From positions 1-45,410 of IMG/VR virus record IMGVR_UViG_3300037851_000418: DNA of 45,410 nt, one strand, 5' to 3'. The notes under the pieces are model-generated. The model worked only from the letters and a program-made list of their open reading frames with translations, ran no database searches and was not told the origin of the DNA. The position numbers and the translations under genes were made by a program. This DNA is from a virus. Lineage: Duplodnaviria > Caudoviricetes. Shown piece by piece: positions 9,369 through 17,183 of the stretch (positions are counted from its first letter, which is position 1; the number at the start of each line of letters is the position of its first letter).

Positions 9369-9576
9369 CGACACGACCCAGAGCGTGAAGCGGCTCTACG
9401 AGCTGTCCGTGAAACCCTCGGCACCGCCGGCGGGGGTGAGGCAGATCTACTGCAAGACGGACGGGAAATGGTACGAGCAGGACTCCGCGGGAACCGAAAC
9501 CGAGATCGGGTCCGGCGGCGGAGGTGGGACCTCCACCGACCCCGTGACCGACCCCTATCTTCTGGCCTTGAGGTAG
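9361..9576 (+). CDS. Small virion-type protein with Gly linker
   Basis: 71 aa, overlaps the GT9 stop; IYCKTDGKWYEQDSAGTETEIGSGGGGG. Confidence 0.6.
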   Translation: MPDDTTQSVKRLYELSVKPSAPPAGVRQIYCKTDGKWYEQDSAGTETEIGSGGGGGTSTDPVTDPYLLALR

Positions 9577-9582
9577 CCGACG

Positions 9583-9912
9583 ATGGCGAACGCGCTGAAG
9601 ACTTTGGCGGTGGTCGAGCTGACCGACTCCTATGCCTCGGCCTACACCGTCCCGGCGCTGACGACGTTCACGTGCGGGATGCTGCATATCGTGAACCGCG
9701 ACACGAGTCAGCGCACCGTAACCGTGCTTCTTCGGACCGGTGGGAGCGACCTGGAGGCCGAGGCCATCCTGGGCCCGGATTTCCCCATCGCGGCCCTGGA
9801 TTTCGTGGAACTCTTCAAGGGCGCGTCCCTCGCGGCCGGGACCATCATCCGGGCCAAGGCGGACGTGACGCAGAAGGTGAACCTGTTCCTGTCTGGGATC
9901 GAGACGACTTAG
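9583..9912 (+). CDS. Small beta-sandwich structural protein
   Basis: 109 aa, GAGG RBS; AYTVPA...IVNRD...VNLFLSGIE pattern typical of small tail-associated proteins. Confidence 0.65.
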   Translation: MANALKTLAVVELTDSYASAYTVPALTTFTCGMLHIVNRDTSQRTVTVLLRTGGSDLEAEAILGPDFPIAALDFVELFKGASLAAGTIIRAKADVTQKVNLFLSGIETT

Positions 9913-9923
9913 GAGGCGCAACG

Positions 9924-10217
9924 ATGCCGACGCTGGTGACAGCCCAGGAAATCTTCCCGAAGGACTCGGAGGAGCAGAAGGCGGCTATCGTGGCCCAGGT
10001 AATGGCCGCGCCCGACGTGAAGGTCGAGGAACTCACCGAGCCGATCACCGAGCCGCTGGGGGCGTCGAAGGGCATGACCCGCGTGACGGCCACGGTCTGG
10101 ACGAGCGCGAAGCTGGGCTACCGCGTGACGGAGACGCGGCTCTTGATGAATCCCCCAAGCTCGAAAGCCTTCTGCGCGGAACGGGGCCGGGAGATCAAGC
10201 TGGAGAAGCTCTTATGA
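9924..10217 (+). CDS. Hypothetical protein
   Basis: AGGAGG RBS, ATG 9924; 97 aa (MPTLVTAQEIF...). Confidence 0.65.
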   Translation: MPTLVTAQEIFPKDSEEQKAAIVAQVMAAPDVKVEELTEPITEPLGASKGMTRVTATVWTSAKLGYRVTETRLLMNPPSSKAFCAERGREIKLEKLL

Positions 10218-11488
10218 CCAATAGGTATGTGGCGAAAGACGGAAATGACGCGAACGACGGCTCTACCTGGGCTCTTGCGAAGCTCACGATACAGGCCGGG
10301 GTTAACCTGATCGCCAGCGGAGACACGCTGTATATCGGCGCTGGAGTCTATAACGAAACTATAACAAGGACGATGAACTCCACGACCGCTACGATTCAGG
10401 GGGTCGGGTTAGTGATCGTGGATGGCGGCGGAACGATATCCACAAACATGAACTGTGGCCCGTTGTCGGGGACTCTAAACCTAACGATCAATGACATCGT
10501 ATTCCAGAACCACACCAGCGGGGCCTGTTATCCGACTGCGAACACAAACGTGTGGACGTTTAACCGTTGTCGGTTTGTCGGTAATGGGTATGGCATCTTG
10601 CTACAGAGATACCCCAATATAACAGTTGCTAATTGCATATTCGCCAATAACTCCATTGCTGGCATCGGAGCTACTGCCCTCGCTGGAGGCTACAGCGTTA
10701 TAGCGTCCGTGTCTTGGTGTACTTTTGTGGACAATATCGTTGGAATACTTACCACCACAACTAACCCGACGATAACATCCGTTAAGCACAACGTCTTTGT
10801 CGGGAACACCCTGCATTGGTCGCTCCCAGATATGACCAGCATAACCACGATAGACTATAACGACATTTGGTTTGATGGGGTATCTGGCACTCTGGTGGGT
10901 TCCACCTCAGACACCACATTTAGCGGATGGAAGACAACGTCTAGTAAAGACGCTAACTCGGTGTCCGAAGATCCGATATTTCAGGATAGGACGCGCAAAT
11001 CTTTCGGGTTACATAAAACATCGCCTCTATGGGACGATATCAATGAAGTGGGAACGTATGGCGCTGGCCACATGGGACAAATTCGAACCGTTGGCATGAG
11101 CTACGGCGATCTGGATGGGAATTACGCAAATGCGATCATGGTGGATTGCCAAAAAAACGAGTCGAATAACTTCGACACGACGAGCGCCACTTCGGGAACG
11201 GTCCGTACCGGAGTGATAGACATGGGTTCCGCTAAATTAATTCGATACATCAACATCCAAACCAATCTGGACAAGAACAGATATCCGCTGGACGTGCCCG
11301 ATTACGATATTGCGGACGCCGACCCAAGAACCATCACTATCAGGTGGAGGGGATCGTTGACGTCGTTCGCGAACGATGACGTTGTTCCAGCGTGGACAGA
11401 AATAGAACCTTCCGTGCTAGGGGAGGACGTAAACACGATATGCAGGTACGTCCAAGTAGAAACGACCCTGAGAAGGAACGGAGCCTAA
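10214..11488 (+). CDS. Right-handed parallel beta-helix (pectin-lyase fold) tail spike / receptor-binding protein
   Basis: YVAKDGNDANDG...TIQAGVN...GDTLYIGAGVYNE cap; repeated NCIF/NRCRF/HNVF rungs; visibly lower GC than the backbone. Confidence 0.8.
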   Translation: MTNRYVAKDGNDANDGSTWALAKLTIQAGVNLIASGDTLYIGAGVYNETITRTMNSTTATIQGVGLVIVDGGGTISTNMNCGPLSGTLNLTINDIVFQNHTSGACYPTANTNVWTFNRCRFVGNGYGILLQRYPNITVANCIFANNSIAGIGATALAGGYSVIASVSWCTFVDNIVGILTTTTNPTITSVKHNVFVGNTLHWSLPDMTSITTIDYNDIWFDGVSGTLVGSTSDTTFSGWKTTSSKDANSVSEDPIFQDRTRKSFGLHKTSPLWDDINEVGTYGAGHMGQIRTVGMSYGDLDGNYANAIMVDCQKNESNNFDTTSATSGTVRTGVIDMGSAKLIRYINIQTNLDKNRYPLDVPDYDIADADPRTITIRWRGSLTSFANDDVVPAWTEIEPSVLGEDVNTICRYVQVETTLRRNGA

Positions 11489-11683
11489 ATGCCGTCCAAG
11501 GTCGAACTGAAGTCCGTGGAGATATGCGCTGGCGGCGGCTTTGAGCTTTACAGTGTCGAGATAACCACGTCTTACGGTCTGGAGCTATATTCTGTAGAGA
11601 TTAGCCACGAAACAGGAACCGCCGAACTCGACCGCACCTTCAACCGCCTGTTGAATGGGCAATTTAACGGAGGATTCAACTAA
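11489..11683 (+). CDS. Small protein with three ELxSVEI repeats
   Basis: 64 aa; VELKSVEI/FELYSVEI/LELYSVEI at a 13-aa period. Confidence 0.65.
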   Translation: MPSKVELKSVEICAGGGFELYSVEITTSYGLELYSVEISHETGTAELDRTFNRLLNGQFNGGFN

Positions 11684-12627
11684 TGCTCCTCTTGCAAAAG
11701 GACGAGGCGACCGCCGCCCAAAGAAGAGTCCCGATGTACCTCGTGGACTCTGGAGACGGGATCACGCCAGAGACGGGCGTTACGATCTCGGCGGGTGACC
11801 TCAAGATATCCAAGAACGGCGGGGCCGAAGCCAACCACGCCGGGACCCTCACCGAAGTCGCGGGCGGGAACTACTACTACGAGGCGACGGCGGGGGAGCT
11901 GGATACCGTGGGGTACATCACCCTCCGCCTCTCCAAGAGCGGGATCAGGGTGTTCAACGCCTGCGCCCAAGTCGTGGCCTTCGACCCCTACGACGCGGTG
12001 AGGGCGGGGCTCACGGCGCTCCCGGCTGCGGCGGCGGAAGCGGCTGGGGGACTCTTCACGCGCGGGACCGGAGCAGGGCAAATCGCCCAGGACTCCAACG
12101 GGACGATCAGCGTCCATACGAAGACGATGGAGGATGGGGTCATCGCCGCGACGAAGCTCCAGGATTCGGCTATCACCGCCGCGAAGATCGCCGACAACGC
12201 GATCACGGCGGCCAAGCTCGCGACCGACGCGATCACCGCCGCGAAGATCGCAGCCGACGCCATCACCGAAATTCAGGCTGGACTGGCCAGCGCGGGCGAA
12301 ACGGCGGCGCTCCAGGTGGCGGTCGAGGACATCCAGGCCCGTCTCCCCGAGGCGCTGGTTAGCGGCATGATGCCGTCCTACGTAGGCGGAATCGAGGCCG
12401 CGACCGCAACCGCGATCGGGACTGCCCTCCTCGACCTGACCGATGGCGTGGAGACGGGGCAGACGGTCCGGAAGATCCTCCGGGGCATCGCGGCGATCCT
12501 TCTGGGTAAGACCTCTGGCGGGCCGGGGAGCACGGTCTTCCGCGACATCAATAACGCCAAGGACCGCGTGACGTCGGTCGCGGACCAGGACGGCAACCGG
12601 ACGACGGTGACGCTCGACCTGACGTAG
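11683..12627 (+). CDS. Tail-fibre-like structural protein
   Basis: 314 aa; GGAGG RBS; tandem AITAAKIA-type 10-aa repeats. Confidence 0.7.
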   Translation: MLLLQKDEATAAQRRVPMYLVDSGDGITPETGVTISAGDLKISKNGGAEANHAGTLTEVAGGNYYYEATAGELDTVGYITLRLSKSGIRVFNACAQVVAFDPYDAVRAGLTALPAAAAEAAGGLFTRGTGAGQIAQDSNGTISVHTKTMEDGVIAATKLQDSAITAAKIADNAITAAKLATDAITAAKIAADAITEIQAGLASAGETAALQVAVEDIQARLPEALVSGMMPSYVGGIEAATATAIGTALLDLTDGVETGQTVRKILRGIAAILLGKTSGGPGSTVFRDINNAKDRVTSVADQDGNRTTVTLDLT

Positions 12628-12640
12628 CGGAGGGCCTCTC

Positions 12641-12781
12641 ATGTACTACCTGCGGTCGAACTACTTCCGGGGGTACTACTCGGCGAGCTACTACCTCGCC
12701 GGGAGCGCCGGGGTAGTCGCGACGTTCGGGGCGACGCACGTCGTTGACGCCGGGATTCCGAGCCGGAGATCGGGGATCTGA
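12641..12781 (+). CDS. Tyr-rich 46-aa peptide (not in the ORF track)
   Basis: GGAGG RBS; MYYLRSNYFRGYYSASYYLAGSAGVVATFGATHVVDAGIPSRRSGI. Confidence 0.6.
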   Translation: MYYLRSNYFRGYYSASYYLAGSAGVVATFGATHVVDAGIPSRRSGI

Positions 12782-12881
12782 AGAATGCCCTGCGTCTGCT
12801 GGTACTGCTCGATGTCCGGGAGCTGGCCCGAGTGCTGGGCGTGGTGTCTGGTGGCCCTGGAGGGATGAGGAGGTTATCGCC

Positions 12882-13175
12882 ATGAGCGACGGATTCCGCC
12901 GCGTGATGGACAAGGTCCTGGCCGGAGCGGTCGGCCTCGTCCTGGTCCTCGTCCCCGCCATCTGGGCGATCACCTGGTGCAGCACCGAGCAGAAGTGCGA
13001 GGAGAACGCGGCAGAGATCCGCGCGACACAGAAGCTGGACCGGGAACGCGGGGAGCGCGTGACCTCGCTCGAGGCCGGCCAGAAGGAAACCGAACGACGC
13101 CTCCAGCGGATCGAGACGAAGCAGGACTCCCTCGCCGACGACGTGAAAGAGATTCTGCGGCGGATGCCACGTTGA
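12882..13175 (+). CDS. TM + coiled-coil lysis-module protein (holin/i-spanin-like)
   Basis: GAGGAGG RBS, ATG 12882; N-terminal TM helix then coiled coil; 97 aa. Confidence 0.6.
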   Translation: MSDGFRRVMDKVLAGAVGLVLVLVPAIWAITWCSTEQKCEENAAEIRATQKLDRERGERVTSLEAGQKETERRLQRIETKQDSLADDVKEILRRMPR

Positions 13176-13207
13176 CCTGGCCCTGGAGATGAAAGGAGGC
13201 CTGAAGT

Positions 13208-13552
13208 ATGGCGAACGAACTGAGGGTGAAACTGGACGACCTGGCGAAAGTCCTGGGCGCCGAACTCCAGGCGACCTGCGCGGACATCCTCGACGGCGCC
13301 GAGGAGGACCTGAAGGCCTTTGCGCTCGCAATGGCGGCCGATGCCCTGCGGGTGCTCCAGGGGACGGCGGCTGAGGATGTCGACGAGCACCTGGAGGCCC
13401 AGGCGGCTCTCCTCGCGGAGAAGCACCGGATCAGGATCGAGGACGGCGCCCTCGGTTGGCTGTTGTCCGCGCTCAAGCTCGCCGGAAACGTCGCGCTCAA
13501 GGTCGGGGAAAAGTACATCGAGGCCTACGTGTCCTCGAAGATTGGAGGATAG
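13208..13552 (+). CDS. Hypothetical helical protein in the lysis cassette
   Basis: 114 aa, AGGAGG RBS. Confidence 0.65.
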   Translation: MANELRVKLDDLAKVLGAELQATCADILDGAEEDLKAFALAMAADALRVLQGTAAEDVDEHLEAQAALLAEKHRIRIEDGALGWLLSALKLAGNVALKVGEKYIEAYVSSKIGG

Positions 13553-13556
13553 GATC

Positions 13557-13979
13557 ATGGAGAGAACGGGCATCAAGACGACGGAGTTCTGGGTCACGGC
13601 GGTGGTGGTCCTCGCGGGTCTGCTCCCCTCGAGCGGGCTCATCCCGGAGGGGCACTGGGGCGTGAAGGTCTGCGGCCTGGTCGTCTCGGTCGCGGCGGCG
13701 CTCGGCTATACCGTCGCGCGGGGGAGCGTGAAGAAGGCCACGGCCGCAAAACTCCTCCTCGTCGCGCTCCTCATCGGCCTCCTCGCCGGCTGCGGGGGCC
13801 AGGGCTACATCCGCGCGGAGGCGATCCAGCCGGCGGTCGACCTGGTGACAGGCCTCCACGATCGGCTACTCATGGGCGAGATCAAGCCGGGCGACATCAA
13901 GCACGAGGACCGCGCGACGTACCTCCGGACGAGCGAGCTGCTCCGAAGTACCGTCCGGGAGGCCGCCGAGAAAAAGTAA
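13557..13979 (+). CDS. Holin-like protein fused to a lipoprotein domain
   Basis: ATG 13557; GIKTTEFW plus two TM helices, then KKATAAKLLLVALLIGLLAG|C lipobox; 140 aa. Confidence 0.65.
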   Translation: MERTGIKTTEFWVTAVVVLAGLLPSSGLIPEGHWGVKVCGLVVSVAAALGYTVARGSVKKATAAKLLLVALLIGLLAGCGGQGYIRAEAIQPAVDLVTGLHDRLLMGEIKPGDIKHEDRATYLRTSELLRSTVREAAEKK

Positions 13980-14002
13980 TCCCAAGCTTTCGTCCGTCTC
14001 CT

Positions 14003-14044
14003 GCCCTCCTCTCTCGTGGTGACTCCGGGAGGGGAGGGCTTTTT
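14003..14044 (+). terminator. Intrinsic terminator ending the late operon
   Basis: GCCCTCCTCTCTCG / CGGGAGGGGAGGGC stem followed by TTTTT. Confidence 0.8.
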
Positions 14045-14964
14045 CATGCCCTCGGGTGCGCCTGGTCGTACACCCGCCGGAGCCTCACGCGGGAGACGTG
14101 GGTGTAGATCTGGGTCGAGCTGATGTCCTCGTGGCCGAGGATTTCCTGGACGTCGCGCAGGCCGGCCCCATGGTCAAGGAGATGGGTCGCGCAGGAGTGA
14201 CGGAAGCGGTGGGGCCAGACTCGGCCTTGGATGCCGGCGATCATGGCGAGGGCGGTGATGTACTGCCGTGCCATGCGATCCGATAGCGGCCATCCACGGA
14301 GGCCTATCCAGAGGGGCGACTCCGCTGTGAGGACGTGTCCCTGCTCCCGGCGGTGCTCGATCCAGGCCTCGATAGCCCTCTTCGTCTCATGCGTGATGAG
14401 CAGCAGTCTCTCCTTCTGCCCTTTCCCGAGGACGAGGATCTCCAGCGATTCCAGACGGAGGTCTTGCATCCGCATCCCGCAGAGTTCCGAGACCCGGCAG
14501 CCCGAGGAGTACAGCGTTTCGAGGACGGCCCTCATGAGCGGCCAAGTCCTCGCGGTGTCCATGATCTGGCGAACCTCCTCCTCGCTCAGGGGCTTCGGGA
14601 CCGACTTCACCCGCCGGACTCCGCGGACCTCGCGCGGGATGTTCTCCCAGACGTAGCCCTCGCGCCGCAGCCAGGTATAGAGAGAGCGGACCGCGGAGAG
14701 CCTGTTGTTGATCGACCGGGGGGCAAGCTGGAGCTGGTCCCGCAGATGCAGGATATAGTTGTCCATCGTCCGAAACTCCAGGCGATCATATTGGACCTTG
14801 GCCGAGGCGAGCCAGCGGAAGAACAGGGTCCCCCCGTATTGGTACATCCGGATCGTGTTGTCGTTGTGTCCTCGAGCTCGAAGGTGGGCGATCCAGGAAT
14901 CGAGAAGCGCGGGCGGGGCGGCCTCTGGACGACAGGCCGCTGAAATCCGGTGTTCGGCGACCAC
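14044..14964 (-). CDS. XerC/XerD-like tyrosine recombinase (probable integrase)
   Basis: LYSSGCRVSEL, GKGQKER, PHRFRHSCATHLL, LGHEDISSTQIYTH, C-terminal HPRA; start uncertain (GTG 14964 gives 306 aa; frame open to 15072). Confidence 0.93.
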   Translation of the reverse strand: MVAEHRISAACRPEAAPPALLDSWIAHLRARGHNDNTIRMYQYGGTLFFRWLASAKVQYDRLEFRTMDNYILHLRDQLQLAPRSINNRLSAVRSLYTWLRREGYVWENIPREVRGVRRVKSVPKPLSEEEVRQIMDTARTWPLMRAVLETLYSSGCRVSELCGMRMQDLRLESLEILVLGKGQKERLLLITHETKRAIEAWIEHRREQGHVLTAESPLWIGLRGWPLSDRMARQYITALAMIAGIQGRVWPHRFRHSCATHLLDHGAGLRDVQEILGHEDISSTQIYTHVSRVRLRRVYDQAHPRA

Positions 14965-15124
14965 GTGATGCCACCGGAGACTCTCCTCCCCCGACCTCTC
15001 ATCCCCCCGATCCGGGCCTCCCTTTCCGATGCCTGTACGCCGTAGCCCCGGTCGCGCAACTTCCCTTCCCATTCAGTATACACGGAACCGGGAAATATAT
15101 TTTGAGAATAAATTCACTTTCCGC

Positions 15125-15152
15125 TTGACTCTTGGGGAATGGGCGTCATAAT
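15125..15152 (+). promoter_or_regulatory. Early rightward sigma70 promoter
   Basis: TTGACT-16 nt-CATAAT with AT-rich upstream tract; a divergent TATACT (-10) lies on the minus strand at 15075-15080. Confidence 0.75.
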
Positions 15153-15158
15153 CGAGGC

Positions 15159-15279
15159 GTGACACACGCGAAGTACGAAAAGAACTCGAGCCCGAGAATC
15201 TCTACCGCCCCGTCAACCGATCGCGTGTGTCACAACCTGCCTTCGGCCGGGACGGTGGAGTTTCGCGGGCTCATTTCTT
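15159..15279 (+). ncRNA. Structured early leader RNA (P4 CI / P1 C4-like architecture)
   Basis: Stem 15188-15212/15248-15272 (22 of 25 paired); its loop TCGCGTGTGTCAC (15221-15233) is perfectly complementary to 15159-15171. Confidence 0.55.
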
Positions 15280-15286
15280 AGGCCCT

Positions 15287-15314
15287 TTCGCCGGTAGCAA
15301 GGATTATCGGCGAA
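15287..15314 (+). promoter_or_regulatory. Hairpin with CAAGGA loop (CsrA/RsmA-type site)
   Basis: TTCGCCGGTAG-CAAGGA-TTATCGGCGAA upstream of the RBS of the first early gene. Confidence 0.5.
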
Positions 15315-15337
15315 TGGGCCTCGCGAGGAGGCGAGGC

Positions 15338-15778
15338 GTGGCGAAAAAGAAGGCGGAGCGCGGGGCCCGATACACCCCATTCCGGACGCTCCCCCAAGAG
15401 CCCCAGGAAGGCCCGCGGCTGGAGAAGCCCCGCAAAATCCGAAGGATTTCGCGGTCTCCGAGGCGAATCCTGGCGGATACGTGGTCCAGGGCCATCTCGG
15501 CCGTGGATGCCCATGCGCGGGGCTGCCAGGCCTGCAATCGTCGGCGCCACGACCCGGGGCTCCAGGTCACCATGGGAGCCCTGCTCGACCCTCACCTGGA
15601 ACCCTACCGGCCTTGCCGTAAGGCCCGCGCCCTTGATGAGGAGGAGCGGACGGCCAGGAAGGCCTACACGGAGGCAGGGTATTCCCTTCCTGTGCTTCCA
15701 GGGCTCAAGGCCCTATTCCTCCTCATCGCCCCCACGGCCCTCTTCTGGGCCTCGGCGGCCCAGGGGGTGCTGGCGTGA
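15338..15778 (+). CDS. Basic hypothetical protein with CxxC and hydrophobic C-terminus
   Basis: GAGGAGG RBS, GTG 15338; 146 aa. Confidence 0.55.
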   Translation: MAKKKAERGARYTPFRTLPQEPQEGPRLEKPRKIRRISRSPRRILADTWSRAISAVDAHARGCQACNRRRHDPGLQVTMGALLDPHLEPYRPCRKARALDEEERTARKAYTEAGYSLPVLPGLKALFLLIAPTALFWASAAQGVLA

Positions 15779-16113
15779 TCCAGGTGACGTGCTTCCTGTG
15801 CGGGCGCAAGCTCTACGAGTACGAGTCGGCCTCGAGAGACGGCGAGGTCTTCGGGGCGTGCTTCCCCACCTGCCCTGACTCTGATACCCCACCCGAGGCG
15901 GCCCCCAGTAGCGGACACGCCGGAGCCCCGGTAGCGCCCGTGGCCGCCTCCAGTCTTGAGGAGGGAGATCGGGACCGCCTGGACGAGAGGGGGAGCTGGC
16001 CGGCGGTAAGACGGCGGGGCTGGGTCACGTTTTTCGTCGTGATCGGCTCCATCCTGATCCCCGTCCTGGCGGCGGCTTTCCTGCTCTGGACCCGGGGGGT
16101 GCGGCCGTGGTGA
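15775..16113 (+). CDS. Zn-ribbon + C-terminal TM protein
   Basis: CFLC...CFPTC; C-terminal hydrophobic helix; GTGA overlap. Confidence 0.6.
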   Translation: MIQVTCFLCGRKLYEYESASRDGEVFGACFPTCPDSDTPPEAAPSSGHAGAPVAPVAASSLEEGDRDRLDERGSWPAVRRRGWVTFFVVIGSILIPVLAAAFLLWTRGVRPW

Positions 16114-16358
16114 AGGACCCCGAACTCCGCGCCCTCCGCCGCGATCTGCGCGCCCTCCTCTCGGCCTGGAGGAGGACGCTCAAGGAAGACAAGGCCCAGG
16201 GGCGCCGCTCCAGTGGATCAGTGGCGGGGGTCTACTACCGCGGGATCGCGGACGCGATGGCCCTCTGCATCCAGCAACTCAACTCTGTCATGTTTTCCCT
16301 CTCTGGGGGGGCTCCGGCTCACGCTGGGGCCCCCCGTTTTCCCCGGAGGCGGCTGTGA
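16107..16358 (+). CDS. Hypothetical protein
   Basis: 83 aa, overlaps both neighbours. Confidence 0.55.
   Translation: MVKDPELRALRRDLRALLSAWRRTLKEDKAQGRRSSGSVAGVYYRGIADAMALCIQQLNSVMFSLSGGAPAHAGAPRFPRRRL
16306..16340 (+). terminator. Putative early intrinsic terminator
   Basis: GGGGGGCTCCGGC-TCAC-GCTGGGGCCCCCC followed by GTTTT. Confidence 0.55.
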
Positions 16359-17170
16359 CGGAGATCCTCGAGGTCCGGCAGTCCGCCCTGAATGACTTCG
16401 AGCTGTGCGGGGAATCGTTCCGCCGCAAGCACATCGCGAAGGAACCCGCGCTCCCGGGGACTGCGGCCCTCCGCGGCGGCGCCGTCCACGTGGGCGCCCA
16501 GGCGAACCACCAGCAGAAGCGGGAGAGCCATAAGGACCTTCCGAAGAAGGATGTCGTCGACGCGGCCGTCGCAGGCTTCGAGGAGAAGAAGGCCCGCGAG
16601 GGATTCCGGCTCACGCCTGAGGAACTTAAGGTCGGCGTGAAGCCCGTTATCGCAAGGACCATCGACTCCGTAGTATCCCTCGCGGGACTCTACGCGGACG
16701 GCGTGGCCCCCAGACTCCAGCCCGACCTCGTCGAGCAGGAAGCTGCGTTCGACCTCCCCGGAGGCATCCGGTTCGGTGGCCGCCTCGACCTCTCCACGGC
16801 CGAGAAGATCGTGGACATCAAGACGGCCTCGCGGTCGAAGAGTCAGAAGGACGCCGACGAGTCCCTCCAGGGGACGATGTACTGGCTCCTCTACCGGGCC
16901 CTCACGGGGCGCGACCCCATCAGCTTCGACCTCGAGGTCCTCGTGGACCTCAAGACCCCGAGGGCTCAAACCCTCACGACGACCCGGGGAACCAGGGACA
17001 TCCAGGTCCTCGTCAACCGGGCGAACGTGATGCTCCGGTCGATCAAGGCCGGGCTCTTCGCGCCGGCCCAGGTGGGGAGCTGGGTCTGTTGCCCCAAGTG
17101 GTGCGGTTTTTTCTCGGACTGCCCTTTTGTAAACGGTGAACGGTTGGCCGCTGCGGCGGCCCAGGACTGA
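16355..17170 (+). CDS. PD-(D/E)XK RecB/Cas4-like exonuclease
   Basis: GGAVH, GRLDL, IVDIKT, QGTMY; N-terminal Cys plus C-terminal CCPKWC...C (Fe-S staple pattern). Confidence 0.85.
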   Translation: MTEILEVRQSALNDFELCGESFRRKHIAKEPALPGTAALRGGAVHVGAQANHQQKRESHKDLPKKDVVDAAVAGFEEKKAREGFRLTPEELKVGVKPVIARTIDSVVSLAGLYADGVAPRLQPDLVEQEAAFDLPGGIRFGGRLDLSTAEKIVDIKTASRSKSQKDADESLQGTMYWLLYRALTGRDPISFDLEVLVDLKTPRAQTLTTTRGTRDIQVLVNRANVMLRSIKAGLFAPAQVGSWVCCPKWCGFFSDCPFVNGERLAAAAAQD

Positions 17171-17183
17171 AAGGAGACGGATC

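Noticed and set aside
10214-12627. Diversity-generating retroelement acting on the tail genes
   Set aside because: No reverse transcriptase and no TR/VR pair seen.
16355-17170. Cas4-like nuclease as part of a CRISPR system
   Set aside because: No repeat-spacer array or other cas genes seen; the context is phage recombination.
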